Shown here in pieces: positions 27,647-37,225 of a stretch of DNA of 64,000 nt (its first letter is position 1; the number at the start of each line of letters is the position of its first letter). Location: the sequence record MW735835.1. One strand, 5' to 3'. The notes beneath the pieces were generated by a model that saw nothing but the letters and a program-made list of their open reading frames with translations, did not search any database and was not told where the DNA came from. Made by a program: the position numbers and the translations under genes. The stretch comes from Pseudomonas phage pPa_SNUABM_DT01.

Positions 27647-27695
27647 CATGGACGTCTTCGGACGTCCATGGACTTCTATGGACTTAGTTTTTTAT
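27647..27695 (+). terminator. rho-independent terminator
   Basis: Perfect 10-bp stem CATGGACGTC-TTCG-GACGTCCATG, followed downstream by TTAGTTTTTTATCATCTTTTCG. Confidence 0.6.
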
Positions 27696-27750
27696 CATCT
27701 TTTCGAGGTTTGTTATGTAACAGTCGTATGCCGCCAGTTAGGGATACCAG

Positions 27751-29304
27751 ATGAAAATTGATGTCTATAGCCACGCACTCAAGGTTACTGGCGTAACCAC
27801 AGAGCGTGACCTTCAGGCGATGTTGCAGTTCTGCCGACCCCTAATCGAGATGGGCTACGAGAAGAGGGGGAAGCGGTTTATCCCCAAGGGACTGCGAACA
27901 TTCGCCGCTGCTACGAAGAACCGACAGGAGTTCAGTTTCCACCGAAACCAGCTCCAGCAACTGAAAAGACACCTGTTCCAGAACTGCGGTTACGCAGAAC
28001 ACCTGGTCCCCATCACGCACCACCTTGTCGAAGACATCAAAGTCGAGAAAGTCAAGTTCGACGTCCGTCACATGCACCCGCCTCGTGAACGACAAGTGGG
28101 CATTATTCAGTACGTGCTTGATGATCAAGACCCCAAGTGGGACCCGATCATCAAGATGGTCACCTTGCAGACCGGCGGGGGTAAAACCTTCGTTGCGCAA
28201 TTCTGCATGAATGAGTTGGGTGTCCGCACCGTCATTCATTTCAAAGGTGGCTACGTGGAGCGCTGGAAGAACGACTTGGAGGAAACCTTCAAGTTCAAGC
28301 GCGGGGAGTTCCTGATCGTTCGGGGCTCCAAGGACCTGATCGCTCTCCAGCAGATGGCACTGGATGGCGACATCAAGGCCCAGGTGATCATCATCACCTC
28401 CGCCACCATGCGTGACTACATCAAGAACTACGAGGAATCCAACGGCAACAGCAAGATCTACCCGATCAAGCCGATTGACTTCTACCCGAAACTGGGTGTG
28501 GGTTTCCGTACCACTGACGAACTGCACCAAGAGTTCCACAACAACTACCGCATCGACCTGTACACGCACATCCCAAAAGCGCTCGGTCTGTCTGCCACGA
28601 TGACCAGCTCGGATGCGTTCAAGAACCGGATGTACGACATCGGCTACCCTGTCATGCAGCGTCACGACGGCGGTGGGTACAACGTCTACATCGGTGTGAC
28701 AGCTATCCTCTACCACATGGACCCCGAGGTCCGTATCCGCTACATGGGTGGTCAGGGTTACTCGCACACCACGTTCGAAGAATCCATCATGCGGCACAAG
28801 GGCCTGCTGAAGAACTATCTGCGCATGATTGACCACGCGATTTACAATCGCTACGTCTCGGTGCGTGAGGAAGGTCAGAAGGCACTGGTGTTCTTCGCCC
28901 GGGTGGACCTGTGCACGCTCATGGTGGAACGTCTCAAGAAGATGTACCCTGAGCTGAACGTCGTGCGGTACGTGGGTTCTGAAGGCGACTCGTACGAAGA
29001 ACTGCTGGAAGCGGATATCGGTGTCACCACCATCGGCTCTGGCGGTACGGCGATTGACATCAAGAACCTGCGGTGCTCGTTCATGACTACCGCGATTGAC
29101 TCCCGTCAATCCAACGAACAAGTGCTTGGTCGGACCCGTCCCCTCAAGGACTGGCCTGATATCACGCCTGAGTTCATTTACTTCGGCTGCCTCGAGATCG
29201 AGCAGCACTGTAAGTACCATCGCAACAAGATCGAGTTCTTCAAGGGCAAGGTCCTGTCGCACATGGAGGTCATGTCCAAGTACGTGCTCCAGCTGCAAGG
29301 TTGA
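27751..29304 (+). CDS. superfamily 2 helicase
   Basis: Walker A LQTGGGKTFVA (motif I). Motif VI-like QVLGRTRP near the C-terminus. LVFFARVD and TTIGSGGTAIDI match helicase motifs IV/V. AGGGA Shine-Dalgarno element. Confidence 0.85.
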   Translation: MKIDVYSHALKVTGVTTERDLQAMLQFCRPLIEMGYEKRGKRFIPKGLRTFAAATKNRQEFSFHRNQLQQLKRHLFQNCGYAEHLVPITHHLVEDIKVEKVKFDVRHMHPPRERQVGIIQYVLDDQDPKWDPIIKMVTLQTGGGKTFVAQFCMNELGVRTVIHFKGGYVERWKNDLEETFKFKRGEFLIVRGSKDLIALQQMALDGDIKAQVIIITSATMRDYIKNYEESNGNSKIYPIKPIDFYPKLGVGFRTTDELHQEFHNNYRIDLYTHIPKALGLSATMTSSDAFKNRMYDIGYPVMQRHDGGGYNVYIGVTAILYHMDPEVRIRYMGGQGYSHTTFEESIMRHKGLLKNYLRMIDHAIYNRYVSVREEGQKALVFFARVDLCTLMVERLKKMYPELNVVRYVGSEGDSYEELLEADIGVTTIGSGGTAIDIKNLRCSFMTTAIDSRQSNEQVLGRTRPLKDWPDITPEFIYFGCLEIEQHCKYHRNKIEFFKGKVLSHMEVMSKYVLQLQG

Positions 29305-29305
29305 G

Positions 29306-29335
29306 TGGGAGGGCTTCGGCCCTCCTCTTATGCCG
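29306..29335 (+). terminator. rho-independent terminator
   Basis: GGGAGGGC-TTCG-GCCCTCC followed by TCTTATGCCG. Confidence 0.7.
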
Positions 29336-29395
29336 CGTGTCAATGAAAACCAACTCTACCCATTATCTGAATACCTCATCGCTAAGGAGTTAGCC

Positions 29396-30430
29396 GTGCT
29401 CGAGAAACATGAAAACGAAGTCTACCATCAGATGATGATCCTTGCTCAGGGTAGCGGTCAACATCACGCCCTGAGCGCTTACCCTCATCTGCAAGCTCTG
29501 TTCTTCGAGCAGGCTTCCAACATGCAGAACCTGACCAACATGTTCTTCCAGCGACATCGCGAAGAACTGTTCTACGGGTTGACTCCCTGGGCTATGCTCT
29601 ACAAGTTGCAGACGGGTCGTGATATCAAGTTGCCTACCCCAGCCATCGTGAAATATTTGGCCGATTCCAATCGGGTTGAGGTGTCACCGATCCCCATCAA
29701 GGAAATTGCCAGGTATGCCAAGAGCTATCGCCTGGACAAACTCCCTGCATCCATGCGTGAAAGTGAGCGCTGGGGACATTCGTTCAAGAAAGATACTGTC
29801 ACGGTGGACATCTCGCTGGCTGACCAGAGCGCCACCATTAGCTGGGATAACAACGACATGTACCTTAACATGCCCGACTTCGGCGCTAGTCGTGCAGAGG
29901 TGCATTGTCCGCTGTTCCATGCACCATACACCATCCATCTCGAACACAGCTTCTTGAACTCGGTCCTGTATGACCCTCTGGTCGACATGTTGATCGGCGA
30001 CGAGGCTATCACCCTGGACTTCGAATCGAAGTACCTACTCATGGACCATTACTTCGGCACCCGCCAAGAGCCGAAGGAACTGCCTACCGAACACCCGTTC
30101 GTCCAACTGCGCCATCTGCTCAACACCAGCTCCTATGGTAAAGCAGGTAAGAGCACCATCCGCCTGAAGGTGAACAACGACTACTCTATCGCGATCAGCG
30201 CTACCCGCGATTGGAACTTCCACGAGAGCCTGGTCGTCAAGATCGATTCCGCCTATCGCCATTACGAGAAAGACGGCGAGATGAAGGAAGACAGCATCTG
30301 GAACTCCACGTGGGAGAAGAACCCGTTGTTCGTCCGCGACATCATCGCCAACCTGCCTCGCATGATCGATGAAGCGTTGGCTGAACACGAACGGCAACTG
30401 GCCGGCACTGACGGTTACGTGGCGAAATAA
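29396..30430 (+). CDS. hypothetical protein (probable GTG start)
   Basis: The frame is open from 29096, but the upstream part overlaps the helicase gene and the terminator. GTG at 29396 has AAGGAG 6 nt upstream. 344 aa, no motif. Confidence 0.55.
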   Translation: MLEKHENEVYHQMMILAQGSGQHHALSAYPHLQALFFEQASNMQNLTNMFFQRHREELFYGLTPWAMLYKLQTGRDIKLPTPAIVKYLADSNRVEVSPIPIKEIARYAKSYRLDKLPASMRESERWGHSFKKDTVTVDISLADQSATISWDNNDMYLNMPDFGASRAEVHCPLFHAPYTIHLEHSFLNSVLYDPLVDMLIGDEAITLDFESKYLLMDHYFGTRQEPKELPTEHPFVQLRHLLNTSSYGKAGKSTIRLKVNNDYSIAISATRDWNFHESLVVKIDSAYRHYEKDGEMKEDSIWNSTWEKNPLFVRDIIANLPRMIDEALAEHERQLAGTDGYVAK

Positions 30431-30432
30431 AT

Positions 30433-30462
30433 AGAGGGGCCTAGGCCCCTCTTTTCTTTTGT
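30433..30462 (+). terminator. rho-independent terminator
   Basis: AGAGGGGCC-TA-GGCCCCTCT followed by TTTCTTTTG. Confidence 0.8.
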
Positions 30463-30652
30463 TTCGGATGGTTTAATTCCGGAGTAAACTTTCTTCAGAA
30501 TTTCATGATACCATCGAAAGCGTTCTTTGGTTTTTTCACGGTGCAGCCATTGATTTTCTTCCCGTTGATTTACGGTGCGGGTATTATGCTTTATTGAACC
30601 GTTTTATAGCCCTACATTAAACTACTGAGAATCCAATCACCTAGGAGCTATC
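30463..30652 (+). promoter_or_regulatory. AT-rich ~190-bp intergenic region (candidate promoter region)
   Basis: Markedly lower GC than the flanks. Direct repeat TTGATTT...TTGATTT, and a CCTACATTAAAC variant of the ATACATTATC motif 33 nt before the HD gene start. Confidence 0.3.
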
Positions 30653-31246
30653 ATGGATATTGCGGAACTGCGTAATCAGATCGTCACAGCCTTCGAAGAG
30701 AAGTGGTCGATCAACGATAAAGCGCACCAACAGAATCACTTCGAGGCTGTGTTCCAATGCGGCCTGAAAATCAATGAACGGCTGAACTGTGGGTTCGATC
30801 CCAAGTTGATCCTGTTCGCTGCCTACTTCCACGATCTGTTTGCGTGGAGTCGGGTGAACCACCATGAACTGTCATTCCACTGGATGATGACCACCGATCA
30901 CAAGGTGATTACGGATAACCTCGATCCGATGGAAAACCAGTTGGTAGCCTGGGCGTGCCATCAACACCGGGCATCGTTCAAGGGTAACTTCAAGTACATC
31001 TTCTGCGAGCTGATTAACTCAGCAGATCGGGAGTTCCCGGGCAATGTGGCGATGATGCTGGAGCGGGCGGTGCTCTATCGTCAGAAGAACTTCCCCATGA
31101 TGTCGGTGGAGCAAGGTTTCGAAGATGCTGTCAAGCATCTGAAGGAGAAGTTCGGCCATGGCGGATATGCCCGTTACCCGGACATGTATCTGAAATGTTT
31201 CGCTGAGGAGTTGGAAGCTCAGCGCGACCACATCATGGCGTTGTAA
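30653..31246 (+). CDS. HD-domain phosphohydrolase
   Basis: NHFEAV...LILFAAYFHDLFAW gives the H...HD metal-binding signature of the HD superfamily, with a conserved D downstream (ELINSADREF). AGGAG Shine-Dalgarno element. Confidence 0.75.
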   Translation: MDIAELRNQIVTAFEEKWSINDKAHQQNHFEAVFQCGLKINERLNCGFDPKLILFAAYFHDLFAWSRVNHHELSFHWMMTTDHKVITDNLDPMENQLVAWACHQHRASFKGNFKYIFCELINSADREFPGNVAMMLERAVLYRQKNFPMMSVEQGFEDAVKHLKEKFGHGGYARYPDMYLKCFAEELEAQRDHIMAL

Positions 31247-31313
31247 GTAGGGACGGGAGAGCGATGCTCTCCCGTATGTCCGTCTCACCGTTCTATTCAA
31301 TGTGGAGGTTCGT

Positions 31314-31547
31314 ATGAACATGCTGTACAAAAACATCAATGCGAACTTCCGCATTGTACTGGACTTCGGCATGGAGTTTGACCATGCCAAGATCATCGTT
31401 GCGAGGTTGGCCGGTCGGGTCATCCTCAACATGATCCATGATGGCCCTGATCACGTGAAGATCGAGTTCACGGAGAATGGGTTGAAGAACCGTAAGCGTT
31501 TCACCAAGGTCATGGCCAAAGGTAACGCTCTCGATCTGGCGGTTTGA
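31314..31547 (+). CDS. hypothetical small protein
   Basis: ATG 31314 with GGAGG 5 nt upstream. 77 aa. Confidence 0.45.
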   Translation: MNMLYKNINANFRIVLDFGMEFDHAKIIVARLAGRVILNMIHDGPDHVKIEFTENGLKNRKRFTKVMAKGNALDLAV

Positions 31548-31561
31548 CGAACATGCAGAAT

Positions 31562-31600
31562 AGAGGAGAGCCCGAAGGCTCTCCTCTTTCTTTTTTCTTT
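31562..31600. terminator. bidirectional rho-independent terminator
   Basis: AGAGGAGAGCCC-GAA-GGCTCTCCTCT followed by TTCTTTTTTCTTTTG, between a (+) stop at 31547 and a (-) stop at 31604. Confidence 0.8.
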
Positions 31601-31603
31601 TGC

Positions 31604-34510
31604 TTACTTGCCGTAGTAAGCGAGCAGGTTCTGACGAGCCTTCTCGTTGGCCAGATCTTTCAGGCTGGCGTTCCAGTCGATGGTGCGCAGGGCGCGCTCA
31701 CGCTTGGCCGGATCAGCAGTGGAGATCAGGATGGAGGTCAGGCTGTTGAAGTTGCGCAGGCCCTTCGGAGTGATGGTCATCTGACCCACGCCGGTGTAGA
31801 CCTTCTTGGGCGACATGATGCCGTTGCTGTTCTTGAAGAAGAACGTCAACAGCTCGGTCCAACCCTGGACGAAGTCTTCGCCATCCAGACGCAGCACACG
31901 GTTGATGCAGCGATCCAGCAGGGTCTGGTAAGGCGCAGCTTTCACCACGTCATCACCAGCTTCCTTACGGCCGTCTTCGTAGGCTTTCAGGTCTTCGGTC
32001 ACGAATTTCACGGTCATTGTCATCGACTCCTCGGTAATGTCGCTGATACGTTTCTTGATCGACTCATCGTCGAGCAGAGTGGAGACCCCGAACAACGCCG
32101 CCGCACGACGGATCATTGCTTGAGGGGTTGTGTTGATACCTGGCAGGATCTGTCCACGTGCCCAGGCCTTGATTTCACGGCGAGTCCAGTGGTCGAGCTT
32201 ACGTGCGTCCCGGTAACGGTCACGGACGTAGATGCCCGACGGAGTGGACGGAACCACAGTGCCGTGCAGTACAAAGGATTTGGCATCCTCGTGGTACCAG
32301 AACAGCGGAACCCGGAAGCGCAGGTAGACTTCTTCCCAGAGGACGTCTTCCGACGCCTTCTCGGTTGCCGGAATCTCGCCTTTGAGCCATGCCTTGACCT
32401 CAGCGTCACGCCATTGGCCGGCCACCTTCAACGGGCGGGTCGGATCATTGAGGTAAACGCCGCTTTCCAACGCCTTGGGCTTGGTGCTGGTCTTGAGGTA
32501 CTCGATCACTTCGTTATCGGCCCAGTGAGCAGGGCTGACACCGAACTGGACGTCGATCAGTCGACGAACACGTGCTTGAGCTGCCGGATCAGTGAGGGCA
32601 AACTTCGCCACCACTTGTTCATTGGCCAGGGCCTTCAGTTCGTTCCACGACCAGTTCGACGGATCATCGCAGTTACGCAGACGATCTTCGACGTAGGTGC
32701 CGTCCGGCAGGCGCTTGGGCTCACTTCCATTACGGAAATACGCCAGGATGTGCTGGTTGGTCCAGTGCGAGTTGATCTGGTAGATCGAACGCACTTGGCT
32801 GTAGAGGAACTCGCGGTTGATGCTCTTATCGACTTCGATCTCGCCTTTGAGCCATGCCAGCAGCTGGCGTTCAGAACATGGCTTGCCTTCGACGATGGGT
32901 GGGACCGGATTGTTGGGGAGAACACCGGACACGGCAAACTCCTTGACTTCGTTGTCGTCCAACCGATCAGGAACCCTGAACCGAGCACGGATGTTCAGCA
33001 GGATTACATTGGCCGGTACGGTGGTGATGATTTTGCCAGCTGCCCAAGCTTTCAGCTCTTCTTCCGACCAATCACCTGGATGTTTACTGTCCCGCACACT
33101 GTCCTCGACCAGAACCCCCTCATCAAAGCCCGCAGGAAGCGTTTTAGCGCTTACAAACGCCTTGACTGCACCATCGGTCCAGTTCTTGACGAACGCGCCA
33201 CAGGCGATGCGTAGAGCGGCTGTGAGGGTAGCGACCGTGGTGTTCATGCCAGGAGCAATCTCACCACGAGCCCAACCTACCAACTCGACCATGGTCCACT
33301 TGCTGGCGCTGATGAATTTCCGGCGAGCATCATCGAGGATTACTTCTTCCGGAGTTTCCGCAGCCATTGCTGCGCGCAGCTCAGAACCATCAGGAACCAG
33401 TTCGGTCCAGAGGGTAGGAGTTTTCTCTTCAGGAGGGTCCACAGGGTCGACAGGATCTGTCTCTCCCGGCTCTTCCTCGTCTGTTCCTTCACCCTCTTCA
33501 GGTTCTGGTTCAGTAGGTTCAGGTTCGGTCTCTGGTTCTGGCTCATCGACCGGGTCCTCCGGTTCTGGTTCTGGCGGGGTGGGCTTGACACCCGTTTCGA
33601 TGAAGGTGAGGGCCTGGTCTTCAGTCCACCACTCTTCCATCTCATCCATGTGCCGGCTGATCAGGGTCAGCTTGGCTTTGGCGTCAGCATCATTGCGCAC
33701 CAGGCTGAGCAACTGAGCATCGGTGTACTCAGTGTACGCATGCTCAACCTCAGGGATCTTCTGATCGACCACCCAGACCTTGAGGTCCTCGCGCTTCCAG
33801 TACCATTCGCCGCCGAACACTTCCAGCGCCACAGGCAGCAGGTTGAGGTCAGATTCGAGTTCACCGGCCACCCAGGCGGTCAGTTCAGCTTCTGACCAAT
33901 CCGCAGCCAGCTTCGAGGGCCGGTTACGGTCATTGATCAGAACACCGTTGCTGGTTTCCGCAGGCTTGATGCCTTTCTGGATGTACGCGCAGTAGTCTTC
34001 CCAGGTGATTCCCATGGGCAGATCAAACCGCTGGCAGGCTTCGTCGAGGATGTAGTACTGGCTACGCTCGAGGTCACCGAAGAAGCCCGCACCGAGGTCG
34101 GACAGCTCACTGTCGTTCCAGTACTTGGCTTCCTTGACCCAGCGGTTCGGGTCATTGATGTAATAACCACCCGGGCTCTTGGCCGGTTTGCGGTCAAACA
34201 TCAGCCAGTCGTAGAGGTCTTCCTCGCCCCAATTGACAGCATCGCTGTCGGTCAGGGCGGCGCGACCCCGCAGGGCCTTGTAGAAGTCCTCCCCACCACT
34301 GACGTGGTTGGTGAACAGCTCGTTGTTGGCCAGAGCGAAGAGTTCTGCCAGGCTCCAGTCCCCGAGTTCCTTTGCTTCCCGTTCGATGTCGGAGACCCAG
34401 AGGTCATTCGACGTCTTCGGTGGCTCCTGACCCAAGGACTCGTACACGGCAATCTCTTGCTCGCTCCAAGCCTTGGGGTAGACGCCCCTGTATTTATCGC
34501 TCATGCGCAC
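31604..34510 (-). CDS. 968-aa tandem-repeat protein (about ten ~85-aa repeats plus a Pro/Glu-rich linker), unknown function
   Basis: Recurrent unit W[ST]xxE[LI]xAWxxGEI ... RF[RG]VP ... G[TV]xPxxxxGxY[VL]xDxxR ... W. Examples are WSEAELTAWVAGELESD, WTMVELVGWARGEIAPGMNTT, WSEEELKAWAAGKIITT, WRDAEVKAWLKGEIPATEK and WTRREIKAWARGQILPGINTT. The linker is PTPPEPEPEDPVDEPEPETEPEPTEPEPEEGEGTDEEEPGETDPVDPVDPPEE. Last gene of a three-gene minus-strand operon. Confidence 0.85.
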   Translation of the reverse strand: MRMSDKYRGVYPKAWSEQEIAVYESLGQEPPKTSNDLWVSDIEREAKELGDWSLAELFALANNELFTNHVSGGEDFYKALRGRAALTDSDAVNWGEEDLYDWLMFDRKPAKSPGGYYINDPNRWVKEAKYWNDSELSDLGAGFFGDLERSQYYILDEACQRFDLPMGITWEDYCAYIQKGIKPAETSNGVLINDRNRPSKLAADWSEAELTAWVAGELESDLNLLPVALEVFGGEWYWKREDLKVWVVDQKIPEVEHAYTEYTDAQLLSLVRNDADAKAKLTLISRHMDEMEEWWTEDQALTFIETGVKPTPPEPEPEDPVDEPEPETEPEPTEPEPEEGEGTDEEEPGETDPVDPVDPPEEKTPTLWTELVPDGSELRAAMAAETPEEVILDDARRKFISASKWTMVELVGWARGEIAPGMNTTVATLTAALRIACGAFVKNWTDGAVKAFVSAKTLPAGFDEGVLVEDSVRDSKHPGDWSEEELKAWAAGKIITTVPANVILLNIRARFRVPDRLDDNEVKEFAVSGVLPNNPVPPIVEGKPCSERQLLAWLKGEIEVDKSINREFLYSQVRSIYQINSHWTNQHILAYFRNGSEPKRLPDGTYVEDRLRNCDDPSNWSWNELKALANEQVVAKFALTDPAAQARVRRLIDVQFGVSPAHWADNEVIEYLKTSTKPKALESGVYLNDPTRPLKVAGQWRDAEVKAWLKGEIPATEKASEDVLWEEVYLRFRVPLFWYHEDAKSFVLHGTVVPSTPSGIYVRDRYRDARKLDHWTRREIKAWARGQILPGINTTPQAMIRRAAALFGVSTLLDDESIKKRISDITEESMTMTVKFVTEDLKAYEDGRKEAGDDVVKAAPYQTLLDRCINRVLRLDGEDFVQGWTELLTFFFKNSNGIMSPKKVYTGVGQMTITPKGLRNFNSLTSILISTADPAKRERALRTIDWNASLKDLANEKARQNLLAYYGK
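33440..33600 (-). repeat. low-complexity GGTTCTGG/GGTTCAGG repeats encoding the Pro/Glu-rich linker
   Basis: Reiterated short units on the plus strand (CAGGTTCTGGTTCAGTAGGTTCAGGTTCGG...). Confidence 0.6.
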
Positions 34511-34514
34511 ACCC

Positions 34515-35891
34515 TTAGGTAAAGGCTTCCAGAATGTTCAGTTTGGCCGTCTTCAGTTCTTTGGCGTGTGCCGAGGCCATCATGATGTCCATGAACTTGG
34601 ACGCCACAGAGGTGTTCTCAGCGCCGATGGCGTGCGGGATGGCCGCCAGGGCTTCACCTACGCACTTAGCGCAGAAGTCGGTAGCACCGGTCTTGCAGAA
34701 GATCGGCGAACGGGTAAGGACGGTCTTACCTTCGAGGCTGATGGCACGTTGCTCATCGAGCAGTACCGGACCTTTCGGGGTGATTTCCCAAAGGCCAGCG
34801 TAGTACGAACCTTGACCTTTCTCGATGGTCCGTTCCAGCCCCAGCGTAGCGCCGCAGTCGTCTTCGGAGATCGCGACGTTCTGGAACACCCGCATGAAGA
34901 ACTTCACCGCTTCCCCGCCGAGTGCAGTCAGTGCACCCCGGTAGAAGGAACCGGCACGAGTGGAGTTGAACATCGCCACCAGCTTGTCGGTGTCCCAGCC
35001 CTCGGTCAGCGAGTTGACCACGAGTTCGGCGCTACCGCCCTCGTTGAAGCCCGCTTCAGGACCGTGGATGAGGAACATACGCTTACGTGCCGTGCCCCAG
35101 GTCTTGTTCGACAGGAGGAAGCCTTCAGACGGGTCGTCTTTCAGCCAAGCCTTGTCCATGTCGATCAGTTCGTTCTGGATCTTCGAGACCACAACCGGGT
35201 CGTGCAGACGCTCTTGGTTCTCTTCGAGCAGCTTGGCACGACGACCGTAGACCGCCGGGTCAGTCATCAGCGACTTGGGCGTCAGGGTCGGCACGAACAA
35301 CTGGGTGAAACCAGCCAGTGCGCCCATGCAACGACCAAAGCGCATGTACATCTTCACCGGGATCTGGTCAGGCCGGGGTTCGACACCACTGACCTCAGGA
35401 TCGTCGCACAGCTTGGAGGCGATGATGCGTTCGATCTTGCTGATCTTCACCGGACCGACCTGGTAAGGGATACGGTCTTCGAAGGGTTCGACCAGCGCGA
35501 TGTAGTTGAACAGCAGATCGCCGTAGGTGGAGTCCACTTCCTCATGGAGGTTGGCGATCATGTCCGGGGTGACCTTGAGGTCATCGGCCGGGTAGAACAG
35601 CGGGGTCATCGGGACGGTATCCTCGATGGGTACCCATGCTTCTGGGTCTTCCACCGGGATGTGGCGCACCTGAGGGACACCATGATGATCACCGAGGATC
35701 ACCGTGCCTTCCGGCTCATGTTTCTCACCGGGCAGGTAGACTTCGGTGACATCGGCCTTGTAGCGGATGTCGTAAGCCTGAGGGACGATGCCGTTCTCAG
35801 GACGGACGACTGAGAAGGCACTGATGACCCAGTCCTTACGGCGGTAGCACCCTGCTCGCAGGGCGGCTACGTAGAGGTCTTGCTTCTTCAC
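34515..35891 (-). CDS. multisubunit RNA polymerase beta-prime subunit, C-terminal fragment (paralog 2)
   Basis: [20 protein letters not shown] matches the beta-prime region [71 protein letters not shown] matches [25 protein letters not shown]...[26 protein letters not shown]. The N-terminus ([13 protein letters not shown]) resembles SPANGEPIIVPSQDV just after the catalytic loop, so this is the natural partner of the 10925 N-fragment. Confidence 0.85.
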   Translation of the reverse strand: [458 protein letters not shown]

Positions 35892-36721
35892 GGCGTATCC
35901 TCCGGAAGGGTAGAGAGCACGGCGGTGACGCGCTTGTAGGACTTCTGCACGACGAACGGATCATCATGCATCTCTTCTACGAAGAACATCACTTCGTCAC
36001 GCAGTGCATCGCGAGGGGTCTTGGCCAGGATGGCAATGGACAGCAATTGGTCAGCAAGATCCTCAGGACCGAGATCAGCCAATTGAGGCCGGGCGCTCTT
36101 GACCAGTTCTTCTGCCGAGGAACCGATCTCCACACCTGCGTTCAGGGATTCCATGCCGACGGTCAACTTCTCACCGACGATCTTCTGGTGAGCGTTCAGC
36201 AGACGGGTAGCGTTCTGTACGCCGTCTTCACCCTGCACGGTGTAACCCAGGTTACGTTCGACCCGTTCCTTGATGGCAAGGATCACGTCGCCGGAACACC
36301 CCAGCACGTACTCCATCAGTTCTTCAGGTTCGACCGCCATGTGGATGGCCAGTACGTTGCAGAGGGTATCGACCCCGTCTTCCCCGGCATTGACCGCGGT
36401 GAGGAATTCGTAGTCGTTGTCATTCGGGTTGAACAGCAAGCACTCGAGGATGCTTGCCAGCGGATCGAGCTTCAGGATGTCGAGGTCCAGTTCGATCTGC
36501 ATCTGCGCCAGCAAGGCACGGACCTGGTCCATGACGATGGTGCGGGCTTCGTCAACGAGGGTGATACTGTCGTGCTCGTTGGCGTTCATGCGCAGGATCA
36601 GGATACGGTCTTTGTAACCGGTAGCCTTGTACTTCTCCAGCGCTTGAGTCAGGGCCTCGAAACCATCGTAGACGGACGGGTCAACCTTATCCTGAAGGAT
36701 ATCGGAAAGTTCTTGCAACAT
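35888..36721 (-). CDS. hypothetical protein (first gene of the minus-strand RNAP-containing operon)
   Basis: ATG with AAGGAA Shine-Dalgarno element. 277 aa. Its stop overlaps the start of the beta-prime C gene. It could be an accessory RNAP subunit, but there is no motif support. Confidence 0.75.
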   Translation of the reverse strand: MLQELSDILQDKVDPSVYDGFEALTQALEKYKATGYKDRILILRMNANEHDSITLVDEARTIVMDQVRALLAQMQIELDLDILKLDPLASILECLLFNPNDNDYEFLTAVNAGEDGVDTLCNVLAIHMAVEPEELMEYVLGCSGDVILAIKERVERNLGYTVQGEDGVQNATRLLNAHQKIVGEKLTVGMESLNAGVEIGSSAEELVKSARPQLADLGPEDLADQLLSIAILAKTPRDALRDEVMFFVEEMHDDPFVVQKSYKRVTAVLSTLPEDTP

Positions 36722-36817
36722 GGCGGTTTCCTTAATAAAAAAAGTTTACCCGACCTAATATGAGTAAAGTACAAATAATTGGCCAGGCCGTAAACAAATT
36801 AACTGGGGTACAAATGA
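36722..36817. promoter_or_regulatory. AT-rich divergent intergenic region
   Basis: A 96-bp A/T-rich spacer (TTAATAAAAAAAGTTTACC...GTAAAGTACAAATAATTGG) between divergent gene starts at 36721 (-) and 36818 (+). Confidence 0.35.
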
Positions 36818-37216
36818 ATGAACACCACCGTCCAGACGCCTGCTCAGGCGTTGAGTGAGCTGCGCCAACAAGCGCTCAGACTCCTGTACAAATTCGCTGA
36901 ATCCACCCGTGATATCGCCCGCTTCCGTCAGTGGACCGATACCAACCGTCAAGCCCGTTGCAACCAACTGGTGCAGTGCATCAAGCGTGATCTCAACGAG
37001 TTCCATGGTCGGGTGCAAGCGCTCGACAACAAACACAAGCGCGAGATCTCCAGCAACGTACTGGCTCACCCGCATCACCCGGTCATGCTGGCCGCTGGCG
37101 GTGAGTGGTACTCCCTGATCGACGACATCACCAGTGTCGTCACCCCTAACTCGGCTGAACTTGCTGGCCTGCTGGCCCAAGAAGGTGCAGCCTCTCAACA
37201 AGCCGCTGTTGTATAA
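36818..37216 (+). CDS. hypothetical protein
   Basis: 132 aa. Of two adjacent ATGs, only the second (36818) gives a long frame. Confidence 0.6.
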   Translation: MNTTVQTPAQALSELRQQALRLLYKFAESTRDIARFRQWTDTNRQARCNQLVQCIKRDLNEFHGRVQALDNKHKREISSNVLAHPHHPVMLAAGGEWYSLIDDITSVVTPNSAELAGLLAQEGAASQQAAVV

Positions 37217-37225
37217 GGTACTACC

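Noticed and set aside
30540-30600. Possible sigma70-type promoter (TTGATT ... TATTAT) in the AT-rich spacer before the HD-domain gene
   Set aside because: The spacing between the best -35-like and -10-like hexamers is 11 or 26 nt rather than 16-18. I could not establish a credible host-type promoter by eye, and only the AT-rich character is reported.
31544-33214. 556-aa plus-strand ORF antisense to the tandem-repeat protein gene
   Set aside because: It lies within the minus-strand operon bounded by a bidirectional terminator. The translation is low complexity. The minus-strand product has a clear repeat architecture and codon bias.
35888-36721. Assigning the 277-aa protein as an RNAP beta N-terminal fragment by analogy with phiKZ gene order
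   Set aside because: No beta-subunit motif could be found in it. A better beta-N candidate exists at 19594..21096, so it is left as hypothetical.
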